Below, one piece after another: positions 49,482 through 60,400 of a DNA stretch of 61,282 bases. The DNA is from an archaeon. Lineage in GTDB: Archaea; Nanobdellota; Nanobdellia; Pacearchaeales; GW2011-AR1. Under the pieces are notes generated by a model that was not told the origin of the DNA, made no database searches, and worked only from the letters and a program-made list of their open reading frames with translations. The stretch lies in contig JAZDPV010000016.1 in assembly GCA_043797265.1 (NCBI GenBank), positions 1 through 61,282 of the forward strand. Reading direction: 5' to 3'. A program made the translations under genes and the position numbers. Positions within the stretch are counted from its first letter, which is position 1. Every line of letters begins with the position of its first letter.

Positions 49482-51711
49482 ATTATTATTGATGATGATT
49501 GGGATTTTGTTAGTTGGAAGTTTGGTTAGTGGTGGGGTTTATATTAATGAGGTGGAGATGAATCCGGCGACGGGAAAAGAGTGGGTGGAGGTTGTAAATA
49601 TGGGTGATACCGATGTAGATATTAGTGGCTGGAAACTTTATGATGGATTGGCAAGTGAACATTTGATGAAGATAATCGGTTCTGTTATTCTTGGAGATGG
49701 AGAATTTTATGTTGTTGATGTTTCGGGTTTGAATGATGATGGGGATTTTGTAATTTTAAAAAATAGTGATGGAGAAATTATTGATACAACTACTACCAAA
49801 AAAGATAATTATGGTGACAATAGAACTTGGCAGAGAGTTCCCGACGGGACGGGGAATTTTACATTTAAAGAGATGACGAAGGGTGTGACAAATGAGGAAG
49901 TTGTTTTGCTACCTGTTTTGTCGGGAGATAATGTGACGCAGAATTTGAGTGTTTATGTTGTGAATGAGAGTTTGGTTGAGGATGAGAGTTATCCGGCGTG
50001 CGCGTTTGAGGGGCAGAACTTGACGATTTCGGCGAAAGTTTTTTGGGGAGAGTGTTCGGATGGCGAGGTGTGGGCTGAGGTTAAGCTTGGGAATTTGGGT
50101 TGGCAGAATTTTAGCGCGACTCTTGACGGGGATTCGATTTATTATATTGTTTTGAATTCGAGTTTGGTGAATGAGTCGGACGAAATTTATTTTCAGTTTT
50201 TTGCGAAGGATTGTTTTAATTTTAGTTATAATGGGAGTGTGTGGAATTTTGCGGTGAGGAATTTGACTTATCTTGGGGTTAATCCGTGGCCGGTGAATGG
50301 GTTGAACGGTTGGTTTGTGACGTCGCCGATTTTTAATTTAGTTGAGGATGGTTTGGGCGGGAATGTTTATTATCAGTGGGACAGCGACGATGTTTATCTT
50401 TATGGTGTTCCGTTTGGGCTTGAGAATATTCCGAATGGCGAGCCGGTGACGGCGGGGACATTGGGTTTGAACTGGTGGACTGATTTTGGAGTTTGTGGAA
50501 ATGAGACGAAGAATAGTCAAACATTTTATATTGATTTGACGGACCCTTATGTTAATGGTTTGTGGCCGGCGCCGGATGATGTGATTTATGAGAATCGGCC
50601 GACGATATATTCTTATATTGATGAAGTATACCAGAGTAATTCGGGAGTTAATTTGAGCAGTGTCGTGATGAAGGTTGATGGAGTTATTGTTAATGCGAGT
50701 GTTATTGGAGTTGGTGAGATTGATGCGGAAGTTTCGTATTTGCCGACGGAGAATTTGAGCGAGGGGAGGCACAATGTTTCTGTTTATGCTGTTGATAATG
50801 CCGGGCGAGTTGGTCATGAGTTTTGGGAGTTTGATGTCGGGAATGCTAGTTTGTTTTTTATGAATGTTTATTCGCCGGTTGATGGGAATTATAATTCTAG
50901 GCGGGTTGAGTTTAATTTGACGACGAGCGAGGAGGTTGCGAAGATTGAGTATATTAATTATAATGATAGTCGGCCGAGGTGGAGGATGTTGTGCCGAGAT
51001 TGTGAGGAGTATGGTTTTTTGAAAAAGAAGACGAAGAGTTTGGGTGAGGGTGAAAATATTTTGGGGCTTAGAGCGACGAGTTATGAGGGGTTGGTTGTCG
51101 AGGAGAGTGTGAGTGTTTTTATTGACAGCAAGGCGCCGAAAATTTCGAAGACATTGCCGAAGAGAAATAGGTATACCAATGGCTCTGGATTTTATGTGAA
51201 GTATACCGAGGAGAATCCCGTGAGGTTGAGTGTTTTTTATAATGCGAGTTTAAATTTGAGTTTTGAAAATTGCAGTGAGATTGGGAGTTATAAGGAATGT
51301 TGGTTTGATTTGAATTTAAGCGAGCATAATGGGGATGAGATTGAATATAGGTTTGAGATTGAGGATGTCGTCGGGAATGTTGTTTCGTCGAGGCCGACCA
51401 AGGTTAATGTTGATACAACTGCGCCGGTTGTGGAAAATAATGATTCGTTTTGGCAACAAGGGATTGGGAGATATGCGAGGTATATTTATTTTAATTTGAA
51501 TATTAGCGAGGATAATTTGGGCGAGGTTAGTTATTTGTATGTTGATTCGAAGAATGTGACGAGAGAGAGGAGTTTGTGTAATCGATTGAGGGATGGGATT
51601 TGTGAAAAGAGAGTTTCGTTTAGGAAGGGGGATTTTTTGATGAGTGTTAGTATTGTGGATGAAGCGGGAAATAGTATTGCTTATCCTATTAATTATTTGA
51701 TTGATTATTAG
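49474..51711 (+). CDS. large secreted protein with an N-terminal lamin-tail domain (LTD)
   Basis: 'VYINEVEMNPATGKEWVEVVNMGDTDVDISGWKLYD...GDFVILKNSDGEIID'. The C-terminal module is paralogous to 45201..46370. Confidence 0.7.
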   Translation: MRKLLLMMIGILLVGSLVSGGVYINEVEMNPATGKEWVEVVNMGDTDVDISGWKLYDGLASEHLMKIIGSVILGDGEFYVVDVSGLNDDGDFVILKNSDGEIIDTTTTKKDNYGDNRTWQRVPDGTGNFTFKEMTKGVTNEEVVLLPVLSGDNVTQNLSVYVVNESLVEDESYPACAFEGQNLTISAKVFWGECSDGEVWAEVKLGNLGWQNFSATLDGDSIYYIVLNSSLVNESDEIYFQFFAKDCFNFSYNGSVWNFAVRNLTYLGVNPWPVNGLNGWFVTSPIFNLVEDGLGGNVYYQWDSDDVYLYGVPFGLENIPNGEPVTAGTLGLNWWTDFGVCGNETKNSQTFYIDLTDPYVNGLWPAPDDVIYENRPTIYSYIDEVYQSNSGVNLSSVVMKVDGVIVNASVIGVGEIDAEVSYLPTENLSEGRHNVSVYAVDNAGRVGHEFWEFDVGNASLFFMNVYSPVDGNYNSRRVEFNLTTSEEVAKIEYINYNDSRPRWRMLCRDCEEYGFLKKKTKSLGEGENILGLRATSYEGLVVEESVSVFIDSKAPKISKTLPKRNRYTNGSGFYVKYTEENPVRLSVFYNASLNLSFENCSEIGSYKECWFDLNLSEHNGDEIEYRFEIEDVVGNVVSSRPTKVNVDTTAPVVENNDSFWQQGIGRYARYIYFNLNISEDNLGEVSYLYVDSKNVTRERSLCNRLRDGICEKRVSFRKGDFLMSVSIVDEAGNSIAYPINYLIDY

Positions 51712-51755
51712 GGGGTATGGCAATATTTTATAAAGTTTGAGTGGCGGGAGGTTGC

Positions 51756-52229
51756 ATGGGTGCGAAAGAATTCGATTTTTATGTTTTTATTGATTATTCT
51801 GAAAATTATTTGGGATACTTAATAATTGAAAAAGAAAAGATTAGAAATTTTCTTCCGAAAATTTCCAGGTTTGCACATTATAGAGAATTAAAGCATAAGA
51901 AAGCATATCTTGATTCTGTAAGGAAAATTGTTGACAAAAATAAAATTTGTTCTTATTTTTATAAGTTAAAGATTCGGAAGACAGAGGCGACTCCTGAAAT
52001 TTATTCTGATATTTTGGATTTTTTGAAAAAGCATGATAATTGTTTGATTTTTGTTTGTGTTGATAATAAGCAGTTTAGGAATTTTAGTAGAATTGTGCAT
52101 ATCATCGACGGTAAAAATATTAAAGTAGTTAAGGAGAGTGAATTGAAAAAGAATACGTCGGAGTATAAAATAAATTTGGTTTTGGATAGTTTATTGAATC
52201 TTGCTAGGTTGGGGAATGATAAATTTTGA
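51756..52229 (+). CDS. hypothetical protein (AT-rich insert between surface-protein genes)
   Basis: 157-aa ORF with its own TATA (ATTTTATAAAG). Hydrophobic strands ending in D ('FYVFIDYS', 'IFVCVDNK') hint at a PIN/RNase-H-like fold (weak). Confidence 0.4.
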   Translation: MGAKEFDFYVFIDYSENYLGYLIIEKEKIRNFLPKISRFAHYRELKHKKAYLDSVRKIVDKNKICSYFYKLKIRKTEATPEIYSDILDFLKKHDNCLIFVCVDNKQFRNFSRIVHIIDGKNIKVVKESELKKNTSEYKINLVLDSLLNLARLGNDKF

Positions 52230-52235
52230 AAAATA

Positions 52236-52327
52236 GCATAGGGTAAGGAGGTCCGTCAATCCTATTAACCGTATCATCGCAAGCGAGCACGGGGTTCGTC
52301 AGGTCCTATTCCCCTATGGGAATAGGA
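52236..52327 (+). other. candidate structured RNA or terminator region
   Basis: Perfect 9-bp hairpin CCTATTCCC-CTAT-GGGAATAGG (52305..52326). TCCTATT occurs twice. Inner hairpin TCGC-AA-GCGA. CATAGGG and CCCTATG are complementary. Confidence 0.3.
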
Positions 52328-52451
52328 GTTTGTATTGGAATATAAATGTTTCGGTTGAGTGTTTTCATTGTGGTTTGGAATCTTGGTATTGTATTTTCAT
52401 CAAATGAAAGTGGTAAGAAGCTTTTATAAAAAGGATTGATTTTCGTTGTTT

Positions 52452-53495
52452 ATGAAAAGGGGTTTGATGTTTGGGTTTTTGTTTTGCGTGGTTTTGTTGG
52501 CCGGGGTTGTTTCAGCGTCGGGAAATGTTGCTTACGTTTATAGGAATTTTCGGATGGTTGATGATGCTTTTGTTTCGGCTTTTGGGGAGATGGGTTTGAG
52601 TGTTGATTTAGTTGATGATAAAAGTATCGGGGATTTTAATTTTTCTGGATACGAAATGATTTTTGTCGGCGATGAGAGGTTTAGGAATTTGAAGTATTTG
52701 CCGGAGATGTCGATTGTTGTCGCGAATGGTTATTATGGCGAGGATTTGGGTTTTATCGACGGGGGAAGGATTTCGAAGTTGAGTTCTAATATGCCGTTGA
52801 GCGTTGAGTTGAATCCAATGGTTCAGGTTTATGACAGGGCGTCGTTTAAATTGGGAAGTCGCGGGATTTCTTATTATTATATTCCGAGCAAATATCAGAG
52901 GCCGGATGCGGAGAGTGTTGCGCGGACGCCGATTGGATACAAGCGAGCGGCGGGAGATGTGATTTCGTATCTTCCGAAGAAATGTTTTTTTGGGATTGTG
53001 GATGCGAAATATTGGACTGATGATGCGAAGGGTTTGTTCGAGGATTGTGTTAATCACGTTTTGGGCGGGTATGTTCCTGAGCCCGTTAATGATTCTGAGC
53101 CAGTTGAGGGGGTTCATGATGTTGAGATTGTTGAGGATTATGCAAATAGCGTCGGTGGAATTAGGATTAAGGATGAGGAGAGTGATGAGTATTTATTGGA
53201 TTCGATTTCTCAGTTGAGTTGTAATAAGAAATATAAGATTGATTTTAAGACGGAGAATGTTGGGAATTTTACTGAGAATGTTGTTATTAGCGGCGTGTTT
53301 GGTGATTTTAATTGGACGTCGACGAAGGATGAGCTTGAGGCGGGGAAGAGCACCACGACGGGCTCGAAGACGATTAATGTGACTTTTGATTCTGGTTTTT
53401 ACGATGTGGAAATTTTGTCCTGGATTGAGAATGATGCGACGCCTTGGAATAATTTGAGAACTCGTCAGGTTGAAGTTGTCTGCGGTATTCATTGA
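52452..53495 (+). CDS. secreted protein sharing a ~200-aa N-terminal module with 53544 and 57415
   Basis: Signal peptide. 'NVAYVYRN...GLSVDLVDD...FSGYEMIFVGDERFRN...VVANGYYGEDLGF'. Confidence 0.6.
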   Translation: MKRGLMFGFLFCVVLLAGVVSASGNVAYVYRNFRMVDDAFVSAFGEMGLSVDLVDDKSIGDFNFSGYEMIFVGDERFRNLKYLPEMSIVVANGYYGEDLGFIDGGRISKLSSNMPLSVELNPMVQVYDRASFKLGSRGISYYYIPSKYQRPDAESVARTPIGYKRAAGDVISYLPKKCFFGIVDAKYWTDDAKGLFEDCVNHVLGGYVPEPVNDSEPVEGVHDVEIVEDYANSVGGIRIKDEESDEYLLDSISQLSCNKKYKIDFKTENVGNFTENVVISGVFGDFNWTSTKDELEAGKSTTTGSKTINVTFDSGFYDVEILSWIENDATPWNNLRTRQVEVVCGIH

Positions 53496-53543
53496 TTGAA
53501 AGTAGTAAGGCAGATTTATATATAAAATGTTCTTTTGTTTTTT

Positions 53544-56500
53544 ATGGTGACGAGGAGAGTTTGTTTTTTTGTTGTTCTGGTTTTTTTGTTGGTTGGCATT
53601 GTTTCTGCTTCTTCTGATGTTGCTTATATTTACAAGAGTTCTGCCAGCGTCGATGAAAATGTCCTTGATGTTTTTTCTAAACTTGGTTTGAGTGTGGATA
53701 AAATTAATGAAAAGAATTTGTATGGTCTTGATTTTTCCGACTACAAGATGATTTTTGTCGGTGATGAGAGATTTAGAAATGAGGGGCGGATTCCTATTTA
53801 CGATAAGCCGACGGTCATTGCGAATTATTATCACGGGGAGGAGTTCGGGCTGACTGATTATGACGGGGTTTCGAAGCTGGCTGGGACGGAGCCATTGAAG
53901 GTGAAGAAGGGCGGAAAGATTTTGCAGGTTTACACCCAGTCGGAATATAAACTCGGCGGTATTTCAATTCCTTATTATTATCTCGACGATGAGAACAAGG
54001 TGCCCGAGGCGGAGAGTGTTGCGAGGACTTATACCGGCGGGGAAAATGGTTATGATTTTGGAGATGTAATTTCTTATATCGGGTCCGGGACTAAGTTGGT
54101 TAATGGGAAAACGACTCGGGGGAATATTTGTTTTTTTGGGATAATTGAAAGTGATTTTTGGACGGCGGCAGCGAGGGATATGTTTAAGGATTGTGTCGGC
54201 TATGTTGCTACGGCTTGTGGTTCTGATTTGGATTGCCCGAATGATGATGTTGGTGGATTGTATTGTCTTGCCGACGATGTTTATCAGGATGTTCGGGAGT
54301 TTAGGTGCGAGAATGCCGGGACGGTTAAGAGTGAGTGTGTTGATGATTTGAATTCTGAGCTGGTCGAAAATTGCGGTGAGAGTTATTGTGAAAATTTTGG
54401 CGAGTTGTATTGCGCGTCCGGAGATGTATATCATTCGAGAACCTGTTATGACAAGGGTTGTTCTGCGGGTTCCTGTTTTTTGAATTCTTACAAGGATGAG
54501 AAAATTTTTGATGATTGTTTGGGTGGAGAGGTTTGCATGAATGGGAAGTGCGAGAGCATTGCTTGCTATGTCGACGCTGATTGTGACGATTCTGATGGAT
54601 ATACTATTGATATTTGCGAGAACGCCGGGACGCCGGATAGTTATTGCAGGCACGAGGAACTTCAATGTTTGAGCGACGCTGATTGTGATGATGATTTTTA
54701 TTCTGCTAATTATTGCGATGGTAATTCGGTGTTTCGTGATTTGCATGATTTTTCTTGCGGGGCGGGTTTATGTAATGAGAATGTGATTCCTAAGTTGGTC
54801 GAGGAGTGTTCGGATGTTTGCGTCGAGGGCGAGTGCAAGGAGATTGTTTGTTCTTTGAATTCGGATTGCGGGATTAATTTGTTTTCCGGAGAAAAGTTTT
54901 GCCAGAATGATAATTCTTATGAATATTTTAATTCTTATATTTGTAGAAATCCGGGGAAGCTGAATTCTTATTGTGAAAATTATTCTTTGCCTATCTTGAT
55001 TGAGTATTGTGATTTTGATTGCGTCGGCGGTGAGTGTTATAGTTGTTTTAATGATTTGTCCTGCGGGACAGACGGATATGTTGGGAGCAAATATTGTGTG
55101 GGTGATGACAGTTATCAAAATTATCAGACTTTTTTGTGTGAGAACGCCGGGACGCCAGATAGCGATTGTTCTTCTGATATTTCGCCGAGATTGATTGAGA
55201 AGTGTGATGGGGCTTGCGTTGGGGGCGAGTGCGTTCCTATTGAGTGTTACGTCGACGCTGATTGTGATGATTTGGATTTGTATAGTGTTGATGTTTGCGA
55301 GAATGCCGGGACGCCGGATAGTTATTGTTCGCACACGCCGATAAATTGCATCAATAATAATGACTGCGGGACGACTGGATTTTTTGGGGACGAGTTTTGT
55401 TCTAATAATGATTTGTTTAAAAAATATCGGAGCGCGGTTTGCGTGAATGCCAACACGTCCGAGTCATATTGCGATGTTTCTTTGATGGAGAAAAATATTG
55501 TTGATTGCGGGGAGGATGAAGTTGGAGAAATGAAAAGTTATTGTTCTAATGACGATGTTTGGATGAGCCAGAATTCTTTTTCGCGCGGGTGTTCTAATGC
55601 GAGTTGTTTTGAAAATGTTTTTAGCGACGAGAAGATGAAGGAAGATTGCGGGGAAGATTCTTACGGGGCGTTTGGGGATTTGTATTGTGTGGGCGACGAT
55701 GTGTATAAAAATAGGACGCGTTATGACAGGGGCTGTGCGGGTGCGGAATGTTTTGTAAATGATTCTGTCGAGGAGAAGTTTGTCGCGCATTGTGAAGTTG
55801 GCTGCGTCGGCGGAGAGTGTATTGAACCTTCTTGCGGTGATGGGAATTTGGATTCTGGTGAAGAATGTGATGACGGGAATGTTGTCGGGGGAGATGGGTG
55901 TGATGAGAATTGTTTGGCTGAGGAGTGTGTTGTCGACGGGGATTGTGATGATGGTTTGTTTTGTAATGGCGAGGAGAGTTGTGTTGGCGGTGAGTGTGTG
56001 AGCGGTGATGCCGTGGTTTGTGATGTTTTTGATTTGGATGAGATTGCGAGTTGTGATTGGGATGAGAACGTTTTGACGTGGGATTATTTTGAAGGTTTTG
56101 ATTCTGTTTGTAGTGAGAGTTTGGACTCGTGCACTAGTGGGAGCGTTGATGTTGTGAGCGAGTGTGATTTTGACTGCGGGGCGGAATGTGTTGTCGACGG
56201 GGATTGTGGTTGTGATGAGGATTATTGTGATGGGACGACTTTGTATGATTATGTGGATTATGGTTTGTGTGACGATTGTTTGTGCGGGAATTGCGGGGTT
56301 GAAGTTTTTTTGAATTCTTCCGAGTGTGGTTATGTTGCGCCTTATTGCGGGGATGGGAATTTGGATTCTGGTGAAGAATGTGATGACGGGAATAATTATA
56401 ATGACGATGGGTGTGATGAGAATTGCGAGATAGAATGCGAGTGTTATAATGATAGCGACTGCGGCGAGGATTATTGCGATGATTGGGAATATTATTGCAA

Positions 56501-56732
56501 GTTGAATAGCGTCATGAAGAAAAGAACTTGTTATGATAATTTTTGCGACGCTGGGGAATGTTCACAGAAGAGTCGTGTTGAGAAGAAATTATTTGAGAAG
56601 TGTTTGTTTGGCTGTGAAAATGGGAAGTGTCTTGGATGTGATTTTAATTTTAGTTGTGACTTAAATTTTAGTTGTGGTGGCGGGTGTGATTGGAATAAGG
56701 ATTTTTTTGAATTTAATTGCAGTTTTTGCTGA
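53544..56732 (+). CDS. giant secreted Cys-rich repeat protein with the shared N-terminal module and Myxococcus-type cysteine-rich repeats
   Basis: 'DVAYIYKS...YKMIFVGDERFRN'. Repeated 'CYVDADCDD..D.Y..D.CENAGTPDSYC' modules. Two copies of 'CGDGNLDSGEECDDGN...DGCDENC'. Confidence 0.7.
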   Translation: MVTRRVCFFVVLVFLLVGIVSASSDVAYIYKSSASVDENVLDVFSKLGLSVDKINEKNLYGLDFSDYKMIFVGDERFRNEGRIPIYDKPTVIANYYHGEEFGLTDYDGVSKLAGTEPLKVKKGGKILQVYTQSEYKLGGISIPYYYLDDENKVPEAESVARTYTGGENGYDFGDVISYIGSGTKLVNGKTTRGNICFFGIIESDFWTAAARDMFKDCVGYVATACGSDLDCPNDDVGGLYCLADDVYQDVREFRCENAGTVKSECVDDLNSELVENCGESYCENFGELYCASGDVYHSRTCYDKGCSAGSCFLNSYKDEKIFDDCLGGEVCMNGKCESIACYVDADCDDSDGYTIDICENAGTPDSYCRHEELQCLSDADCDDDFYSANYCDGNSVFRDLHDFSCGAGLCNENVIPKLVEECSDVCVEGECKEIVCSLNSDCGINLFSGEKFCQNDNSYEYFNSYICRNPGKLNSYCENYSLPILIEYCDFDCVGGECYSCFNDLSCGTDGYVGSKYCVGDDSYQNYQTFLCENAGTPDSDCSSDISPRLIEKCDGACVGGECVPIECYVDADCDDLDLYSVDVCENAGTPDSYCSHTPINCINNNDCGTTGFFGDEFCSNNDLFKKYRSAVCVNANTSESYCDVSLMEKNIVDCGEDEVGEMKSYCSNDDVWMSQNSFSRGCSNASCFENVFSDEKMKEDCGEDSYGAFGDLYCVGDDVYKNRTRYDRGCAGAECFVNDSVEEKFVAHCEVGCVGGECIEPSCGDGNLDSGEECDDGNVVGGDGCDENCLAEECVVDGDCDDGLFCNGEESCVGGECVSGDAVVCDVFDLDEIASCDWDENVLTWDYFEGFDSVCSESLDSCTSGSVDVVSECDFDCGAECVVDGDCGCDEDYCDGTTLYDYVDYGLCDDCLCGNCGVEVFLNSSECGYVAPYCGDGNLDSGEECDDGNNYNDDGCDENCEIECECYNDSDCGEDYCDDWEYYCKLNSVMKKRTCYDNFCDAGECSQKSRVEKKLFEKCLFGCENGKCLGCDFNFSCDLNFSCGGGCDWNKDFFEFNCSFC

Positions 56733-56806
56733 TGTTTGTGAATTACTATTTCTGAGTATAATAATCTTTAAATAGAGAATGTGTTGTAACTTTTTAGTTA
56801 GTCAAT

Positions 56807-57418
56807 ATGGAAAATAAAAAGGTAGCTGGTGTGCTTTGTGTCGTCTTGTTAATTTTGATTGGTTCTGTTTCTGCGATAACTGGCAGTATCGGGAATGCGA
56901 GAATGATTTTGAGGGCGGAGACCGGCGATGTGATTGATAAATATATTCTTGTGAAGAATGTCAATAATGTTTCGGTTAATATTAGTTTGTCAGCGTCGGG
57001 GGATTTGGCGGAGTATATTGATATTCTGGATAATTCTTTTGTGCTTGAGCCGGATAGCGAGATGAGGGCGCGGTTTGTTGTGAATGTCAAGAAGGTGGGG
57101 ACGACTGAGGGAACGATAGATGTGAAGTTCGCGCCGGTTGACGGGAAGAACGGGGTCGGGCTGATGTCGACGGTGATTGTGATTGCGGAGAAAGGCAGTT
57201 TTTGGGATTGGGGGAGTGGCGATGAAGATGAGGGAAATGTCGATGTTAATAATTCTGTTACTGGCGGAGCCGTTGGCGTGTCGGATGGCGCGAACTTTGC
57301 GGTGGTTTTTCTTATGATTGCAATTTTTATTTTGTTGGTTTTGATAATTATTTTTTTTATTTTGTTGGGGAAAGAAAAAACTCGGAGCGTTGTAAGTAAG
57401 CGGAGGAAGGGGAAATGA
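56807..57418 (+). CDS. signal-peptide, Ig-like, C-terminally TM-anchored protein
   Basis: Same architecture as 48795..49481. ATGA-coupled to the next giant gene. Confidence 0.55.
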   Translation: MENKKVAGVLCVVLLILIGSVSAITGSIGNARMILRAETGDVIDKYILVKNVNNVSVNISLSASGDLAEYIDILDNSFVLEPDSEMRARFVVNVKKVGTTEGTIDVKFAPVDGKNGVGLMSTVIVIAEKGSFWDWGSGDEDEGNVDVNNSVTGGAVGVSDGANFAVVFLMIAIFILLVLIIIFFILLGKEKTRSVVSKRRKGK

Positions 57419-60400
57419 AGAGGTGTTTTTTTCTTTTGCTGGTTGTTTTGTTTTTTTCGAGTGTTTTGGCGACGGATGTTGCTTATGTTGTCAGGGATGT
57501 TGATAATGTTGAGGTGAATGTTATTTCTGGGATTGAGGCGTTGGGTTTTAGTTATGAGTTGATTGATGATTCGAAAATTTCGTCGACGGATTTTGACAAG
57601 TATGGGATGATTCTTGTTTGGGATGAGTTGTTGTCGGATGCTGAGCTTTTGCCCGTTGGTGAAAAAAATTCGCTGGTGGCCAACAGTTATTATCTGGAAG
57701 ATTGGGGGATTGCGGATTATGCCGGGAGCCAGGTTTCGACGGGTTATCTTTCCGGGAAAATTCTTGTTGATAATATGGTCACGGATGGGTTTCAGCTTTT
57801 GAGTTCAGTTAGTGTTTATAGCAAAACTAATGTTGTGCTTTATCATCTTCCTTATTCTGTCAAGAGGGCGCCGGGACTTGTGAATGTTGTTTCGACTGAT
57901 AATTCAAATAAATATCCTGTCGTCGGGATAATTAATGGTGGCGGGAAATTATATCTTGGCGGGACCTCGTCGGAGAGAATTGCTTTTTTTGGAATAACTG
58001 AGTCGGATTATTGGAGTTCTAATTCTATGAAACTTTTTAAGAATACTTTGCATTGGGTTTTGACTGGTGAGGACGGCGATGGCGACGGATTTTTTTATGA
58101 TGAAGATTGCGACGATTCTAATGCCGGATTGTGGCAGATTCTTTCCGGTTATTCTGATAATGACGGCGATGGTTTTGGCGCTGGAAGTTTGATGGAAGTT
58201 TGTTCTGGTAATTTTTTGCCGAAAGGATATTCTGATGTCGACGGAGATTGCAATGATTCTGATGCTTTGTATAATTTAGATTCAGATGATGTTTTTAAAA
58301 ATTGTGTGAATGATGCGCCGATTGTTTATCCGCTTGGGAAACTTGTTGTTAATGAGACCGATGTTGTCGTGATTGATTTGAATGTCAGCGACCCTGAGTT
58401 TGATTTTCTTGAATATGAGATTGATGACGGCAGGTTTGTTGAGAATGGCGGGATGTTTAGATGGCAGACAGAAAATGGTGACGAGGGGGTTTATGTTTTT
58501 TGGGTGGTTGTCAGCGACGGCGAGTTTGAAGTTGAGGTTCGGGTTGAAGTTGAGGTTTTGAATCAGTTGTCGGTGTGGGATGAAATTTCTGATGTTGGGT
58601 GGGATGAAGATAGTAATAATTTTTTGGATTTGAAATTGTATGTTTCTAATGGCGATGGGGATGATTTGATTTTTTTTGTTAATTCTACTTCGGAGGACAA
58701 GAATATTAAAATTGAAGATATTGACGACGGGGTTGTTAAATTTTCCGTTGATAAAAATTGGAATGGGGAGGACTGGGTTGTGTTTTCGGTTTACGACGGG
58801 AGTTCTGTTGTTAATTCGGGGAACGTGACGCTGAGAGTTTTGCCGGTGAATGATGCGCCGAAATTTATTGATAATCCCGGGAAGATTGGGGATAAAACGT
58901 GGAGCGAGGGTGGGGGACTTGATGATGAAGTGAATTTGAGTTATTATTTTTCGGATGTTGATTTTGATGTTCTTGTTTTTGATGTTGTTGGCAATCATTT
59001 TATAACGGTTGAGATAAATCAGAGCACCGGGATGGTTTCGTTTTATTCTGATGCTGACTGGTTTGGTTCTGAAAATATTGTCTTTTCAGCGACGGATGGC
59101 TTTGATATTGTTTATTCCAATGCCATTGTTTTGACTGTGATTGATGTTAATGAGGTTCCGGAGTTTGGGAATTTTTCTTGTGAGGGCGAGATTGATGAGG
59201 ATGTTGGGCATGAGTGCGAGTTGAGTGCTGATGATTTTGAGGGGGATGATTTTTGGTTTAGTGTTGTCGACGGGAAGAATGCGGATTGCAAAATTAATGG
59301 CGATATTTTGCTTTATGTGTCGAAGAAAGATTATGTTGGCGCGGGTTCTTGCTTGATTAGGGTGTCTGATGCTTATGGGTATTCTGAGAGGTTGATTGAG
59401 TTTGAAATTTTGCCGGTGAATGATGCGCCGAGGATTGTTAAGTATGCGCCGGTTGGTTCTTTGAAATTGATGGAGGAGGTTGATGAGATATTTAGTGTTG
59501 TTGTTTCTGATGTTGACGACGAGGATTTGGAAATTTACTGGGCTCTTGATTCTGAAAATGTTTCGACCGGCAAGAGTTATTTGTTTAATCGACAGAAGGG
59601 TGTTTATTCTCTTGAGGCCGTTGTTTCCGACGGTGAGTTTTCTGATAGTCATGTTTGGAATGTTTTTGTGGGGGATATTTCTGATTTTAGCTGCGAGGAG
59701 GTTGGGGGTTTTGTTTTTGGCGAGGATGAAATTTGCCTGGGGGATGTTTTGGGAGTTTCGGATGTGAACTGCTGTTCGATTGCTCCTACCGAGAGGCCAC
59801 CGGAATTTTCTGATGCCAAGACATGTTCTTCTGCGAAGTTGAATTTGTCTTCTGGCTTAAAGATTGATATTGTGTATCCCGACGAGGGCGACGAGTTTGA
59901 GCCCGGTGAGGGGATTGAAATCGAGATTGATGTTGATAATAATTTTGATGAGAATTTGAATTTGGATGTTGGGGTTTATCTTTATGATATTAGCGACGAG
60001 GATTCTATTAAGAACGCGGATGATAGCGTCAGGGTGAAGAAGGCGGACGGGGAGACTTTGGGTTTTGTGCTTGATGTTCCAGAAAATATTGATGTGGATG
60101 ATGATTATGTTATTTTTGTGAGAGTTGTCGACAGGGGCGAGGTTTATTGCAATGAGGATTTTGTCAAGATAGATTTGGAGAGGGTGGATGATGATGTTGT
60201 GATTGATAGTTTTAGAATTGTCGGCGACGATTTGATTTGCGGGAGTTATGTTTCTGTCGAGGGGAAGATTAAAAATCTTGGGATGTCTGATTGGGATGAT
60301 GTCGTTTTTGTCGTGAAAAATTCTGAACTTGGTATTTTTGAAGAGAGCGAGGAATTTGAGTTGGAGGAATTTGGGGGAGATGATGTGGTGAAGAAAAATT

